A stretch of DNA of 64,000 nucleotides, taken from Candidatus Latescibacterota bacterium (lineage in GTDB: Bacteria; Latescibacterota; UBA2968). Of this stretch, positions 9,881-19,941 are shown one piece after another. The notes below the pieces were generated by a model. That model was not told where the DNA came from, made no database searches, and saw only the letters and a list, made by a program, of their open reading frames with translations. How positions within the stretch are numbered: position 1 is the first letter of the stretch; every line of letters starts with the position of its first letter. Made by a program: the position numbers and the translations under genes. The DNA lies in contig OZ242010.1 in NCBI GenBank assembly GCA_965204745.1, positions 5,120,001-5,184,000 of the forward strand, read 5' to 3'.

Positions 9881-9922
9881 AAAAGCCTGACGGACAATCC
9901 ATCCGTCGGGCTTTTTGTTTTT
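9881..9922. terminator. Bidirectional intrinsic terminator
   Basis: AAAAGCCTGACGGA-loop-TCCGTCGGGCTTTTT between convergent genes. Confidence 0.8.
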
Positions 9923-9937
9923 TGCGCGTTCAATTCA

Positions 9938-10678
9938 TCAAGGCGTCGCGCCTGATGATAAAACCAACTTGATCCCAACCCCCAAAATAGCCAACAAAAG
10001 AGAGATGATGATAGGCCCGAAAACGACTTTCAACAACTTCAATTCAGACTTCATCTCTGCCATTTCTTGCTTCATCTCCGCCTTCATTTCCGCCATCTCA
10101 ACTTTCACTTCTGCCATTTCTTGCTTCACTTCTGCCATTTCTTGCTTCACCTCTGCCACTTCTTGCTTCACCTCTGCCACTTCTCGTTTTAACCCTGTGA
10201 CCTCTTGTTGCAATTTTGCGACCTTTTGATTCAATTCTGCGATTTCTCGTTTCATCTCGGCTCTCAATTCTGCGATTTCTTGCTTCATCTCGGCTCTCAA
10301 TTCTGCGATTTCTTGCTTCATCTCAGAGCGCAACACAGCCATATCTCCCCTCAATTCTGCGATTTCTTGTTTGATCTCGGAGCGCAACTCGGCGATTTCT
10401 TGTTTGATCTCGGAGCGCAACTCTGCGATTTCTTGCTTCATCTCGGAGCGCAACTCTGCGATTTCTTGCTTCATCTCGGAGCGCAACTCGGCCACCTCAA
10501 CTTTCACCGCTGCGACCTCTGTCTGCACTTCGGCTCGCAACTCGACCATGTCTTGCTCAGTCGCCAAGTCCTCCAAATCATCCTTGTAGGGAATGACCGA
10601 AGCCGCGGCCGCGGCGATATCTTCATCCACGCCCGCCGCGCGAAATGCCCGATAGACTTCTGCCGTCATCGTACTCAT
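9938..10678 (-). CDS. Membrane-anchored coiled-coil repeat protein (DUF1640/CCDC90-like)
   Basis: N-terminal 'EVYRAFRAAGVDE..A.AAA', 'LATEQD' neck, 11-aa repeats (MKQEIAELRSE) then 7-aa repeats (VKQEMAE), C-terminal TM helix. Confidence 0.75.
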   Translation of the reverse strand: MSTMTAEVYRAFRAAGVDEDIAAAAASVIPYKDDLEDLATEQDMVELRAEVQTEVAAVKVEVAELRSEMKQEIAELRSEMKQEIAELRSEIKQEIAELRSEIKQEIAELRGDMAVLRSEMKQEIAELRAEMKQEIAELRAEMKREIAELNQKVAKLQQEVTGLKREVAEVKQEVAEVKQEMAEVKQEMAEVKVEMAEMKAEMKQEMAEMKSELKLLKVVFGPIIISLLLAILGVGIKLVLSSGATP

Positions 10679-10721
10679 GGTTTATCCTTTCTTTTGAAAA
10701 ACGCCATCCAACCTGCGCGTC

Positions 10722-11732
10722 CTAAGCCAGCAAGAGGCTCAATTTTTTTGCGACGCGCTCTCCCATCTCGATCATGCCGTGATCCCCCGGATGAATCAGA
10801 TCCACGGTCAGCCCGCCGATATTGCTCAGCATCTCCGGCCCTTCGATCAAATGGGCATTCGCGTGCGGGCAACCGGTTACGGCTTCGCGCAATGCCTGCC
10901 TGAAGGACGCGGTCTTGTCGCGCTCGTCCGCATCGCCGCAAAAATCCCGAAAATGCGGATAGATCGTAATGCACCCCACCGGGCGGGCCGCATTCGCGCC
11001 GGCAACCGCCTTGACCATGTACGTCACGCGGTCGGAAAATTCCGCCAAGGAAAATCCCGAACCGACCATATTCACGGACAAAGCCAGCGTCGCCACATCC
11101 CAATCGCCTCGCGCAGCAATATAATCGGCCAACTCGGGTTCGCAATACGCGGACCCGCCCACGCCCAAATTGATCAGATCCGCGCCCAAACGCCAGGCCA
11201 CCTGACTCACATAAGTCAAATGCATGGCCGTGGCAGACGCGCCGTGCGTAATCGACGTGCCATAGCTCAAATACCGCAACTTTGGCAATTCCTCCGCAGT
11301 GGGCGGGCGCACCCCTTCGCCTTGAATACCGTGATAGTGCAAACTCGTATTTCGCAGGGTCAACCGCCACACATCGGTCGAAAAGTGCAAGCCCTGCAAG
11401 GCGTGTGCCTCGATTGCCCGCAACCGCTCGGGATAGGTCAGGGTCAAGGTCCTCGGCTCTTTCCCAATTTGAAATCGCTCGCGGCCTTGAAAGGGGCCAA
11501 AAAACGGAATGACTTCAGCCGATCCCCCCGGACTCGACAGCGTCACATCGACCTCATCGCCCGCGCTCACAAAGCGGATTTCCGCCCCGGCCGGACTCAA
11601 CATCCGATCCTGCGCGCCGGGGTTCAAACACAGCCGCACCGCTTCGGGCACGCGCTGCACCCGCAACCCTGCGCGCCCCTCAACGGCCCGCAATTCGCCC
11701 ACATTGTGAAATTCGACATTGTCGTGAATCAT
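10722..11732 (-). CDS. SGNH/GDSL hydrolase
   Basis: Block I 'YGTSITHG', 'NLGVGGS', 'SVN', block V 'DLIHP'. Confidence 0.85.
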   Translation of the reverse strand: MIHDNVEFHNVGELRAVEGRAGLRVQRVPEAVRLCLNPGAQDRMLSPAGAEIRFVSAGDEVDVTLSSPGGSAEVIPFFGPFQGRERFQIGKEPRTLTLTYPERLRAIEAHALQGLHFSTDVWRLTLRNTSLHYHGIQGEGVRPPTAEELPKLRYLSYGTSITHGASATAMHLTYVSQVAWRLGADLINLGVGGSAYCEPELADYIAARGDWDVATLALSVNMVGSGFSLAEFSDRVTYMVKAVAGANAARPVGCITIYPHFRDFCGDADERDKTASFRQALREAVTGCPHANAHLIEGPEMLSNIGGLTVDLIHPGDHGMIEMGERVAKKLSLLLA

Positions 11733-11747
11733 CAAAAACTCCTCGTA

Positions 11748-13688
11748 TTAATACATCCATGCCTCGCCAGAAGACAAGTCTCGACCGAGGTGTCGCGTTT
11801 TTCCCTTAAAATCAACGGTCAATTCCACGCGGTCATCGCCTGCGCGAAATGCCTCGGGCAATTCGGCTGAAACCTCGGGAACACTCGTCCCGCGATAGGG
11901 CGCGACCACAGTCAAAAACCCGGTGGGCGCGTGATTTTTAAGCGCGAAGCGAAAGGCTTTGCGCGGCACACGCGAGCCATAAGTCCACGCGAACCAACCC
12001 TCTTCTTCGACCACTGACGCCGCGCAATTCCCCGCGGCCTGCACCAGCACATTGGCATCGTCAAATTGCGTCAACGCCCGCTTGCCCGCCGCATCGAGCA
12101 CCACATCCCCCGGCGCGAATTGAAAATGCAAATCCAACTGCCCTTCTGCATCGCCTATCGCCTCATCCAAAAACGCGAAAAACCGCCGGTCGACAAACCA
12201 CACCGAACGCCGGTGGATCAAGTTGGGATACGCCCCATTTTCCACAACCAGCACATCGCCCTCCGCCTCCGAGGCCCACAAGAGATGGCGACCGTCATCA
12301 GCCGTGTCTTTGCCATCCAACGTCAGGGTTTGATGCACGGTCGTCTGCCTGTGCCAAGCGCGACCTTCGGCATCGTGCCCGTACGTGTAAAACCCCGTGT
12401 CCGGCATCAACCAACGTCCGTACGCGTACAACTCAAACGTGCCATTATCGGGCTGATCGTGGCTCGAAATCGCGGGCGGGGAACAGTGCAGTGCCATGTG
12501 AATTTGATCCGGCCCCCAGTCGTCGCGCATCGCGTACAACCCCGCTTCTCGAAAGGCGCGGCTCTTTTGCTCGGGCAACAGGGCGCGGTTCAGGGTGGCA
12601 CGCGCAGCGTATTTGGGGTCGCCCAACAAATCGGTCGCTTCGACAAGCGAATCGTAAAGCGGCCATTTTGACCGATCATCCGTCTCTTTGATCGGACGCG
12701 ACCCATCGCCGAACATCGGCGCGCCCAAATCCGGCGACGCGATCCAAAAAATATAATCGTACATCGAGCGCACGCACGTGCGAAAGGCGTCTGAAATCTC
12801 GATGCCAAAGGCGTCCATGCGACCAAAAATTTCCACCGCATCGCGCAACACGCCTTGGTGATACCCAAAGGACCACTCGCGTTGCACCCCATCGCCCGTC
12901 GTCTGCGCCAGAAAATTTTCCTCCACGCGGGCCAGGGCCAATGCCATCCATTCGTGCGATTCCCGAAATTCCCGGAACGCGTACGCGATATTGATAAACC
13001 CGCGCTGTTCAAACACGGCCTTGTTGTGGATCACCCTCATGGGAATGTGCGCGGTCTTTACCTGATGGTCGTACAGGCTCGCCAGCAACACCCCGAGAAA
13101 CTCAGGCGTAACTGCCTCTGCGTGTACCAAACTGCGAAACGCCGAACAGATATTCGTCGCCCGAATACCCGTTTGGATATCCAGCCACGCAAACCCCTTC
13201 CAATACGTGTAAACCGGATGCGTCGCGGTGTGATTTTCCAACGGGTGTTTTGCAATCCAATCGGTCGTCAACGCGACAAACGCCTCGGCGTATTTCTCAT
13301 CCCGAGTCGCAACATACGCCCGAGCCAGCGGCGCGGCCCAGTAGAACCGGTACACCGCGGCGACCCACTCGATGTCGCCGCGCGGGTCCCATTCCCAATC
13401 GAAATCCTCGCCGTACTTTGCCGCTTCATACGGCCCCCATTGGATAACGCGCTGACAGATATTATCCGCAGTCTCCAAATCAACCGCCCCAGACACCTCC
13501 GCCAGGGGATACTTCGCCCGATAATGATCGCGCAACGCCGCGAGCGCGCCCAGTCGATCATCCGCTTTTGCCGCGGCCAAACCCGTCAGATCCAACTTGT
13601 CCAAAATGCCATCCGGATCGCATGACGCCAGCGGCATCTCCTCGTCAATCCGATCCGCCCATGTGGGATACTCCGTCACTGCACTCAT
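11748..13688 (-). CDS. Heparinase II/III family polysaccharide lyase
   Basis: 'GDGVQREWSFGYH', 'PMFGDG', 'SHDQPDNGTFELYAYG..L.PDTG.YTY', 'HQTLTLDG'; start reassigned to MSAVTEY (13688). Confidence 0.8.
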   Translation of the reverse strand: MSAVTEYPTWADRIDEEMPLASCDPDGILDKLDLTGLAAAKADDRLGALAALRDHYRAKYPLAEVSGAVDLETADNICQRVIQWGPYEAAKYGEDFDWEWDPRGDIEWVAAVYRFYWAAPLARAYVATRDEKYAEAFVALTTDWIAKHPLENHTATHPVYTYWKGFAWLDIQTGIRATNICSAFRSLVHAEAVTPEFLGVLLASLYDHQVKTAHIPMRVIHNKAVFEQRGFINIAYAFREFRESHEWMALALARVEENFLAQTTGDGVQREWSFGYHQGVLRDAVEIFGRMDAFGIEISDAFRTCVRSMYDYIFWIASPDLGAPMFGDGSRPIKETDDRSKWPLYDSLVEATDLLGDPKYAARATLNRALLPEQKSRAFREAGLYAMRDDWGPDQIHMALHCSPPAISSHDQPDNGTFELYAYGRWLMPDTGFYTYGHDAEGRAWHRQTTVHQTLTLDGKDTADDGRHLLWASEAEGDVLVVENGAYPNLIHRRSVWFVDRRFFAFLDEAIGDAEGQLDLHFQFAPGDVVLDAAGKRALTQFDDANVLVQAAGNCAASVVEEEGWFAWTYGSRVPRKAFRFALKNHAPTGFLTVVAPYRGTSVPEVSAELPEAFRAGDDRVELTVDFKGKTRHLGRDLSSGEAWMY

Positions 13689-14733
13689 AACCCGCTCCCG
13701 CGTTATTGTGATAGGCTTTGTACCAGGCGACAAAATTTGCGAGTCCGGTTTCGATAGGCGTTGTGGGATTGTATCCCACATCTCGCACCAAGTCCGACAC
13801 CTCTGCCGCATTGTCCGGCACATCCCCGAGTTGTGGAGGCAAATCCACGCGAATGGCTTTTTTGCCCAATAGATCCTCCAAGATGGAGAGAAAATGAACC
13901 AACTCAACGACCTTGCGATTGCCGATGTTGTAAATGCGATACGGGCTTGAACTCGACCCCGGATCCGGATTTTGCCCACGCCACTCGGGATTTGGCTCTG
14001 CGGGCTTTAACAGGGTGCGAACCACGCCTTCGACAATGTCGCTGATGTAAGTAAAGCTGCGACGATTTTTGCCATAGTTAAAAACTTTGACCGGTTGGTC
14101 TTCCAAAATGGCTTTGGTCCACAAGTACGCAACCGCATCTGGACGCCCCCATGGGCCATACGCGGAAAAAAAGCGCAATCCCGTCGTCGCAATGCCGTGC
14201 AGATGGCTATACGTATGCGCCAGCAGTTCATCTGCTTTTTTCGTCGCGGCGTACAAACTGACCGGATGATCCACATTTTGGTGAACGCCATGGGGCGTGG
14301 TGGTGTTCAAGCCATAAACCGAACTCGACGACGCATAGACCAGGTGTTCCACACCGCAATGCCGGCATCCCTCCAAAATATTGAGAAAACCCAGCACATT
14401 GCTTTTGATAAAGGCCGAGGGATTTTCCAGACTGTAGAACACGCCCGCCTGCGCGGCCAGATTGACGACATGGGAAAAGTTCCCTTTGCGAAAAAGGGTT
14501 GCCATCCCCTCTTCGTCTTCAATGTCCAGGCGAACAAATTTGAACCGCTCCATCTCCCTCAACATCGCCACGCGGTCTTCCTTCAGTTGCGTGCTGTAAT
14601 AATCGTTCACATTGTCCACCCCGACCACCGAATGCCCCATCTCGAGCAATCGCTTGGAAAGATGAAACCCAATAAATCCCGCGGCACCTGTTACGAGAAC
14701 GTGCAAGACTTTCTCCTTTTGAATTTTTGTCAT
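13645..14733 (-). CDS. NAD-dependent epimerase (UDP-glucuronate 4-epimerase-like)
   Basis: 'VTGAAGFIG', 'LAAQAGV', 'YASSSSVYG', 'YAATKKA', 'YGPWGRPD'. Confidence 0.9.
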   Translation of the reverse strand: MTKIQKEKVLHVLVTGAAGFIGFHLSKRLLEMGHSVVGVDNVNDYYSTQLKEDRVAMLREMERFKFVRLDIEDEEGMATLFRKGNFSHVVNLAAQAGVFYSLENPSAFIKSNVLGFLNILEGCRHCGVEHLVYASSSSVYGLNTTTPHGVHQNVDHPVSLYAATKKADELLAHTYSHLHGIATTGLRFFSAYGPWGRPDAVAYLWTKAILEDQPVKVFNYGKNRRSFTYISDIVEGVVRTLLKPAEPNPEWRGQNPDPGSSSSPYRIYNIGNRKVVELVHFLSILEDLLGKKAIRVDLPPQLGDVPDNAAEVSDLVRDVGYNPTTPIETGLANFVAWYKAYHNNAGAGYECSDGVSHMGGSD

Positions 14734-14778
14734 CTACCCCTTGGGCGAGCACGGACACATGGCCTCAATAAACGACTA

Positions 14779-16923
14779 TCACCCGCTTTTGAACAACAAG
14801 TTTATCGCCGCGCTTTGAAGGGGTTGCAACCTCATGGACACGCCGCGCTCCCCGAGCGCGACCCTGATCGGCGCGGCGCGATCTGCTGTAAATCGATACG
14901 TATCGTACACCGGCGCAAGATCGATACGGTCCAACAAAACATCCGGCAAGTGATCTATCGGACAGACGATTTCCCGCGCGGATTGCGGATCCAAATTGTG
15001 CGCCACCAACAGCCCAGAACGCCGCGTATAACGCGCATAAGCGAGCACCCGGTCTTCGGGATCGACATGGCGAAAAAAGTAAATATGCCCGGTTCGCAAC
15101 GCATCCTCTCGCCCGACAAATTCGCGCAACGCCCGGTATGCGGCAAGGGCTTCGGGTTCTCGCTGTGCCCATTCGGGATGCAACAACGTGGGCATCTCAA
15201 AATCCGTGCGTGCCTCTTCGCCCCATTCCGAACCCCATTCCAGCGCGTAGGCCAAATTCACGCACCGCGCCGTGCCCGCAGTCGCATCGATCAGCGAACA
15301 CTGGATATTTCGCAACAGTGCCATCGCGCGGGCCTGCGCTATGCCGCGCTCCTCATGGCGTTCTCGCCAAATTTTCGTCGCGCGCGGGCTGTCGTGATTT
15401 TCAAAATAGGCCATTGCCACCGTGCGCGGGGCGAACGCGCCAAACAGGTGCTCTAAAAACTCGACATACTGGCTGCCGTATTCCGCGTCTCGATGAAGAT
15501 CCACCAGCAAGGCGTAGATCATATCCACGGGCACATCCGCGGCTTCGCCCATCTCGCACAGGGTTTCGCCCACCACAATCGCGTCGGGTTTGACCGCATT
15601 GATGCGGTTTTTGATCTGCTTCAAAAACGGCCGATCCACGGTTTGGCTCGCGTCGATCCGCACCCCGTCCAAATCGCACGTCCGCATCCAAAACGGCGCG
15701 ATGCCCGACAGATAATTTTGCAAGGGCTTGTTGAACCGCAACTTGAGCAATGCCACATCCGAATACTCCAACCAGGCGATCTGATGAATTTTGGGCCGTC
15801 CGCGCTCATCCATCACATACCAATCCGGGCGTTGCGCGATCAGCGGACAATCCCGGCTCGTCTGCATCAGGACCAAATCGAAAATCACCTGCTTGCCCAA
15901 GGCGTGTGCCCGGCGCGTGAGTTGGCGCAATTCCGCACGCCCGACCAACTGCACCAGCGCGTCGCGCCCAGTCCAATCGACCAATTCCTTAAACGTGCGA
16001 AAATGGTTAAAATCATCGACTTTACGCAATCGCAACAACTGCCGCTCGTGCAACGAGGTCTGCAAATCCAGATCGACGATCAATCCCTCGCCCACCAGCG
16101 CGAGCAGATCCACCTCCTCTGGCGGTGTGACCAGCGCGGGATCGATCCGAAAAAAATCCCGCACCGCATACACACTGCCCAGCGCGCCTTTACGCACATC
16201 GCAAGCCGTGTGCAAATCGCCAAACCCCGGTTCAAAAAAGGGCAGCAAATACACCACATCCGTCGTTATATCCTCGAGACGCGCGGTCACATCGCAAAAC
16301 CTGCCGCTCACAAATTGCCCATCCGCGTCGATGCGCGCCCCCACTTTTCGCACGCACACCTCCGTAATCGAAGGGCACTGGCGAATCCGCTCTGGGCTGA
16401 TGGTGATGACGCCATCCCGGTTCAACGCAATATCATCGACCGAAAGCCACGCCTTTGCCGCATCTGACCAGGGCTTCTCATCCGCAGAAAACTCGACCGT
16501 ATAGTGAAACACACCCGTCTGCTCAATCGGAATCACGTCCGATTCAAACGCCAAATTATTCCCGGAAAGCACGGGAACGCCCGCCCGATCCACGACGAGA
16601 TGCATGGGCACATGAAAACCCGCGCCCGTGCAAAACTGACCGCGCTCATCCACAAAGCCGCGCTCATTCGCATCGGTCCACAACCGGACGTCAATATCGC
16701 CAGCGCGACACGCGGACAAATCCATCCCCGCGACAAACAACTCGGCGTGAACCCGCGCTTCAACCGCGCCATCGCGCTGCAAAAACGCCCGCGCCATCGC
16801 CGGCCCGTACCACAGACCATCCAACGCAACCGCCATGTTCCCGGCCCACACATCCGCATTGTCATAAGCCTGAACCGCGTATTGATCGTGCAATTTGTAT
16901 TTCAATTCCAAACGCTTCCCCAC
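14779..16923 (-). CDS. GH13 alpha-amylase family glycosidase with unusual N-terminal domain
   Basis: 'GSVYAVRDF..IDP', 'VIFDLV', catalytic 'DGVRIDA', 'GETL', 'ENHDSPR'. Confidence 0.75.
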   Translation of the reverse strand: MGKRLELKYKLHDQYAVQAYDNADVWAGNMAVALDGLWYGPAMARAFLQRDGAVEARVHAELFVAGMDLSACRAGDIDVRLWTDANERGFVDERGQFCTGAGFHVPMHLVVDRAGVPVLSGNNLAFESDVIPIEQTGVFHYTVEFSADEKPWSDAAKAWLSVDDIALNRDGVITISPERIRQCPSITEVCVRKVGARIDADGQFVSGRFCDVTARLEDITTDVVYLLPFFEPGFGDLHTACDVRKGALGSVYAVRDFFRIDPALVTPPEEVDLLALVGEGLIVDLDLQTSLHERQLLRLRKVDDFNHFRTFKELVDWTGRDALVQLVGRAELRQLTRRAHALGKQVIFDLVLMQTSRDCPLIAQRPDWYVMDERGRPKIHQIAWLEYSDVALLKLRFNKPLQNYLSGIAPFWMRTCDLDGVRIDASQTVDRPFLKQIKNRINAVKPDAIVVGETLCEMGEAADVPVDMIYALLVDLHRDAEYGSQYVEFLEHLFGAFAPRTVAMAYFENHDSPRATKIWRERHEERGIAQARAMALLRNIQCSLIDATAGTARCVNLAYALEWGSEWGEEARTDFEMPTLLHPEWAQREPEALAAYRALREFVGREDALRTGHIYFFRHVDPEDRVLAYARYTRRSGLLVAHNLDPQSAREIVCPIDHLPDVLLDRIDLAPVYDTYRFTADRAAPIRVALGERGVSMRLQPLQSAAINLLFKSG

Positions 16924-17027
16924 ATATCCTCCCGCTGAATCGCGTGTTCACAACGCGAACAATATACGGCAAATCGATGTTTTTAGCCATGAGCTTTCGG
17001 CCTCCAAGTTCGCGCTGACCGCTGATT

Positions 17028-17099
17028 GCTTGGGCGGTGGCGGGGCGGTCTCACCTCTTCCGTCTCCCCTCTCACCGAAGGGGGGTTGGGCGGTGCGGG
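17028..17099 (-). repeat. Composite repeat (CCGCCCAACCCCCCTTCGGT + heptamers)
   Basis: Shares modules with 25012-25068, 32083-32170 and 50825-50886. Confidence 0.7.
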
Positions 17100-17204
17100 A
17101 ACTTAATACGCATTTAATAGCCAAGAAACCGCAAAGAAATATCCACCCGATATATTTCTGCCCGTCAATTTACGCCACCCCAACCATTTTAGGGAGGAGT
17201 TCAG

Positions 17205-17543
17205 ATGAAACTCATCACAGCAGTCATCCAGCCGCACAAGCTGGACGATGTGCGCGCAGCATTGGGCGACATCGGCATCCAAGGCATGACCGTCACCGAG
17301 GCACGGGGCTTTGGACGCCAAAAAGGGCATCGAGAAGTTTATCGCGGTGCCGAATACGTCGTCGATTTTTTGCCCAAAGTCAAGTTGGAGATCGCCATCG
17401 CTGACGACGTGGTCGACCGCGCCATCGATGCGATTGAAAACGCCGCCAAAACCGGCAATGTGGGCGACGGGAAAATTTTCGTCATGGATTTGGGACAGGC
17501 CGTTCGCATTCGCACAGGCGAAACCGGGCCAGACGCGCTGTAA
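17205..17543 (+). CDS. glnK: Nitrogen regulatory protein P-II
   Basis: 'GFGRQKG..EVYRGAEY.VDFLPK', 'GDGKIF', 'RIRTGE'; directly upstream of amtB. Confidence 0.95.
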   Translation: MKLITAVIQPHKLDDVRAALGDIGIQGMTVTEARGFGRQKGHREVYRGAEYVVDFLPKVKLEIAIADDVVDRAIDAIENAAKTGNVGDGKIFVMDLGQAVRIRTGETGPDAL

Positions 17544-17575
17544 GGTACCACCCTTCATCTCAATAGGAGAACACG

Positions 17576-18901
17576 ATGATCAAACGCCATAACATCTTTA
17601 CCCTGCTCGTCGGCGCGGCATTGTTGCTGGCCTTGCCCAACATCGCCTTTGCCGAAGACGAACTCAGTTCGGGCGACACCGCTTGGATGCTGACCTCAAC
17701 CGCCTTGGTGCTGTTTATGACCATCCCCGGCCTCGCGCTCTTCTACGGCGGCTTGGTGCGGACCAAAAACGTCTTGTCCGTGCTCATGCAATGTTTCGCC
17801 CTCACCGCCATTATGACGCTGGTCTGGGTTATCATCGGCTACAGCCTCGCGTTCAACACAGACGGCATGGAGGCCGGCAAAGTGACCCTCCACTCGTTTG
17901 TGGGTGGGTTGGGCACGATGTTCTTATCCGGCGTGACGGCCAGCAGTTTGTCGGGCACCATCCCGGAAACGGTCTTCATTACGTTCCAAATGACCTTTGC
18001 GATTATCACCCCGGCCCTGATCGTGGGCGCGTTTGCAGAACGCATGAAATTCTCGGCCATGATTTTGTTTTCCGTTCTCTGGTCCATCGTCGTCTATGCG
18101 CCGATTTGCCACATGGCGTGGAGTGGTGACGGGTCCTTCTTCGGCGACATGGGCGTGCTCGACTTTGCAGGGGGCACGGTTGTGCATATCAACGCGGGTG
18201 TTGCCGCGCTCGTCGCCTGCATCGTCATCGGCAAACGCCAGGGCTATCCCGATACCCTGATGGCCCCGCACAGCTTGACCATCACCGTGATCGGCGCGTC
18301 GATGTTGTGGGTCGGTTGGTTTGGGTTTAACGCGGGCAGTGCGGTCGCTGCCGATGGCGCGGCCGGCATGGCGATGCTCGTCACCCAAGTTGCCACCGCA
18401 TCTGCAACGCTGGGCTGGATGATCGCCGAATGGATCAAGCATGGCAAACCCAGCATCTTGGGCGCGGTTACAGGCGCGGTCGCCGGCCTCGTCGCGATTA
18501 CCCCGGCTTCGGGCAGCGTCGGGCCGATGGGCGCGATTGTCGTCGGACTCGCCTCGGGCATCCTCTGCTTCTGGGCAGCCACCAGCCTCAAGCGCGCTAT
18601 GGGCTATGACGATTCCCTCGACGCGTTCGGCGTTCACGGCATTGGCGGCATTGTGGGCGCGCTGCTCACCGGCATCTTTGCCTCCGAAAGCCTCGGCGGG
18701 CAGGGGCTTAGTGCCGATTCCATCGGCGGGCAATTTTTTGTCCAACTCGTCGGCGTGGTTTTCACTATCGCCTACTGCGCGGTCCTGTCCTTCGTCTTGC
18801 TCAAAATCGTCGATGCCATCGTCGGCTTGCGCGTCTCACAATCCGAAGAAACCGAAGGCCTCGACATCGCGCTCCACGACGAGCGGGGCTACAATTATTA
18901 G
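17576..18901 (+). CDS. amtB: Ammonium transporter
   Basis: 'GDTAWML.STALVL.MT.PGLA.FYGG', 'DFAGGTVVH', 'WVGWFGFNAGS', 'DDSLDAFGVHG'. Confidence 0.96.
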   Translation: MIKRHNIFTLLVGAALLLALPNIAFAEDELSSGDTAWMLTSTALVLFMTIPGLALFYGGLVRTKNVLSVLMQCFALTAIMTLVWVIIGYSLAFNTDGMEAGKVTLHSFVGGLGTMFLSGVTASSLSGTIPETVFITFQMTFAIITPALIVGAFAERMKFSAMILFSVLWSIVVYAPICHMAWSGDGSFFGDMGVLDFAGGTVVHINAGVAALVACIVIGKRQGYPDTLMAPHSLTITVIGASMLWVGWFGFNAGSAVAADGAAGMAMLVTQVATASATLGWMIAEWIKHGKPSILGAVTGAVAGLVAITPASGSVGPMGAIVVGLASGILCFWAATSLKRAMGYDDSLDAFGVHGIGGIVGALLTGIFASESLGGQGLSADSIGGQFFVQLVGVVFTIAYCAVLSFVLLKIVDAIVGLRVSQSEETEGLDIALHDERGYNY

Positions 18902-18910
18902 ACGAGTCCA

Positions 18911-18957
18911 CAGCAAAACGAAAAAAGCGGGTACACAACAGTGCCCGCTTTTTGCTG
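18911..18957. terminator. Intrinsic terminator after amtB
   Basis: AAAAAGCGGGTAC-loop-GTGCCCGCTTTTT. Confidence 0.75.
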
Positions 18958-18973
18958 TACAAATAACGCCCGT

Positions 18974-19349
18974 TCACATCACTGGTCTATATCGCATTCG
19001 CCATTGCCTGCGCGCTGTGGGAATTGGGGATTGGGGAGTAGCGATCCGTCCACTACTCGACGGCGTCCATAAAATTGCCGGACCAATCGAGAACACATTG
19101 ACAGGATACGGGCTATTTTCTGAGGCGCCGTAAAAGTGCGCCCATTCGTTTTCAAAATTTAGATCGCGATCAAAAAACGCAGAGCGGAGATAACTGTAAT
19201 AATAGACGCTGTCGTTTCCTCTGATCCGCCGTTCGATATTCTCCAGGTACCCCAGATATCCAAAACCGCTGGTCAGCACGAGATAGGCGACGATGAGGAC
19301 GATATAGACGCGATTCCCGTTTGCGCGCCAGCGTATATTCCATCTCATG
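18974..19349 (-). pseudogene. Truncated GT-C/PMT-like membrane glycosyltransferase (N-terminus only)
   Basis: TM helix then 'D..YYYSYLRS.FFD.DLNF.NE', 'FSIGPAILW.P'; recognisable similarity stops near 19060. Confidence 0.5.
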
Positions 19350-19406
19350 ATCGCCTCCGATGTTGGAAAAAACAAAATCCCCAACAACTCGCGCTATTTC
19401 ACGTAT

Positions 19407-19447
19407 AGAAAAGGGCTTGCGATGAAGATCACAAGCCCTTGTTTTTT
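19407..19447 (-). terminator. Hairpin downstream of tRNA-Leu
   Basis: AAGGGCTTG-12nt-CAAGCCCTT. Confidence 0.55.
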
Positions 19448-19533
19448 GGTGCCGAAGAGGGGATTCGAACCCCTACACCCTTTCGAGTACTGCCCCCTCA
19501 AGACAGCGTGTCTACCAATTCCACCACTTCGGC
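19447..19533 (-). tRNA. tRNA-Leu(GAG)
   Basis: rc = GCCGAAGTGGTGGAATTGGTAGACACGCTGTCTT-GAG-GGGGCAG...GGTTCGAATCCCCTCTTCGGCACCA; long variable arm, encoded CCA; usual secG-tRNA-Leu synteny. Confidence 0.97.
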
Positions 19534-19540
19534 ACAAAAC

Positions 19541-19933
19541 TCATGGCGCGGTGCTACTATCGGCGGGTGCTGTTTGCGTTGTGCCCTCTGCGGGCGTGGT
19601 CTCGTTTTGCGGGAAGACCAAAGGCTGAGGGATTTGCTGTGTGGGCACTTGCCCTTGTTCCATCAACCGCTCGGCAGCCGTTGACGGTGCGGAATCCGTC
19701 GTGCGGCCCGCGTACCAAAGCCCAATACAGGTCAGCGCGAAAATGATGCCCACATACGTCGTCACTTTTGCCAGGAAAGGCACGGCGCCACCGCCGCCAA
19801 ACATCGACGTGCCCCCGCCCATGCCGCCAAACGCACCGCCGGACAACCCACCACTTCTGCCGGGCTGCATCAAAATAACCAAAATGAGAACCGCACAAAC
19901 CAGAACGTGAACGACCAAAAGAAAAATTTCCAT
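19541..19933 (-). CDS. secG: Preprotein translocase subunit SecG
   Basis: MEIFLLVVHVLVC..LI.VILMQ.GRSGGL.G.AFGG...FL.K.T; between tpiA and tRNA-Leu. Confidence 0.92.
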   Translation of the reverse strand: MEIFLLVVHVLVCAVLILVILMQPGRSGGLSGGAFGGMGGGTSMFGGGGAVPFLAKVTTYVGIIFALTCIGLWYAGRTTDSAPSTAAERLMEQGQVPTQQIPQPLVFPQNETTPAEGTTQTAPADSSTAP

Positions 19934-19941
19934 ATCATCCT

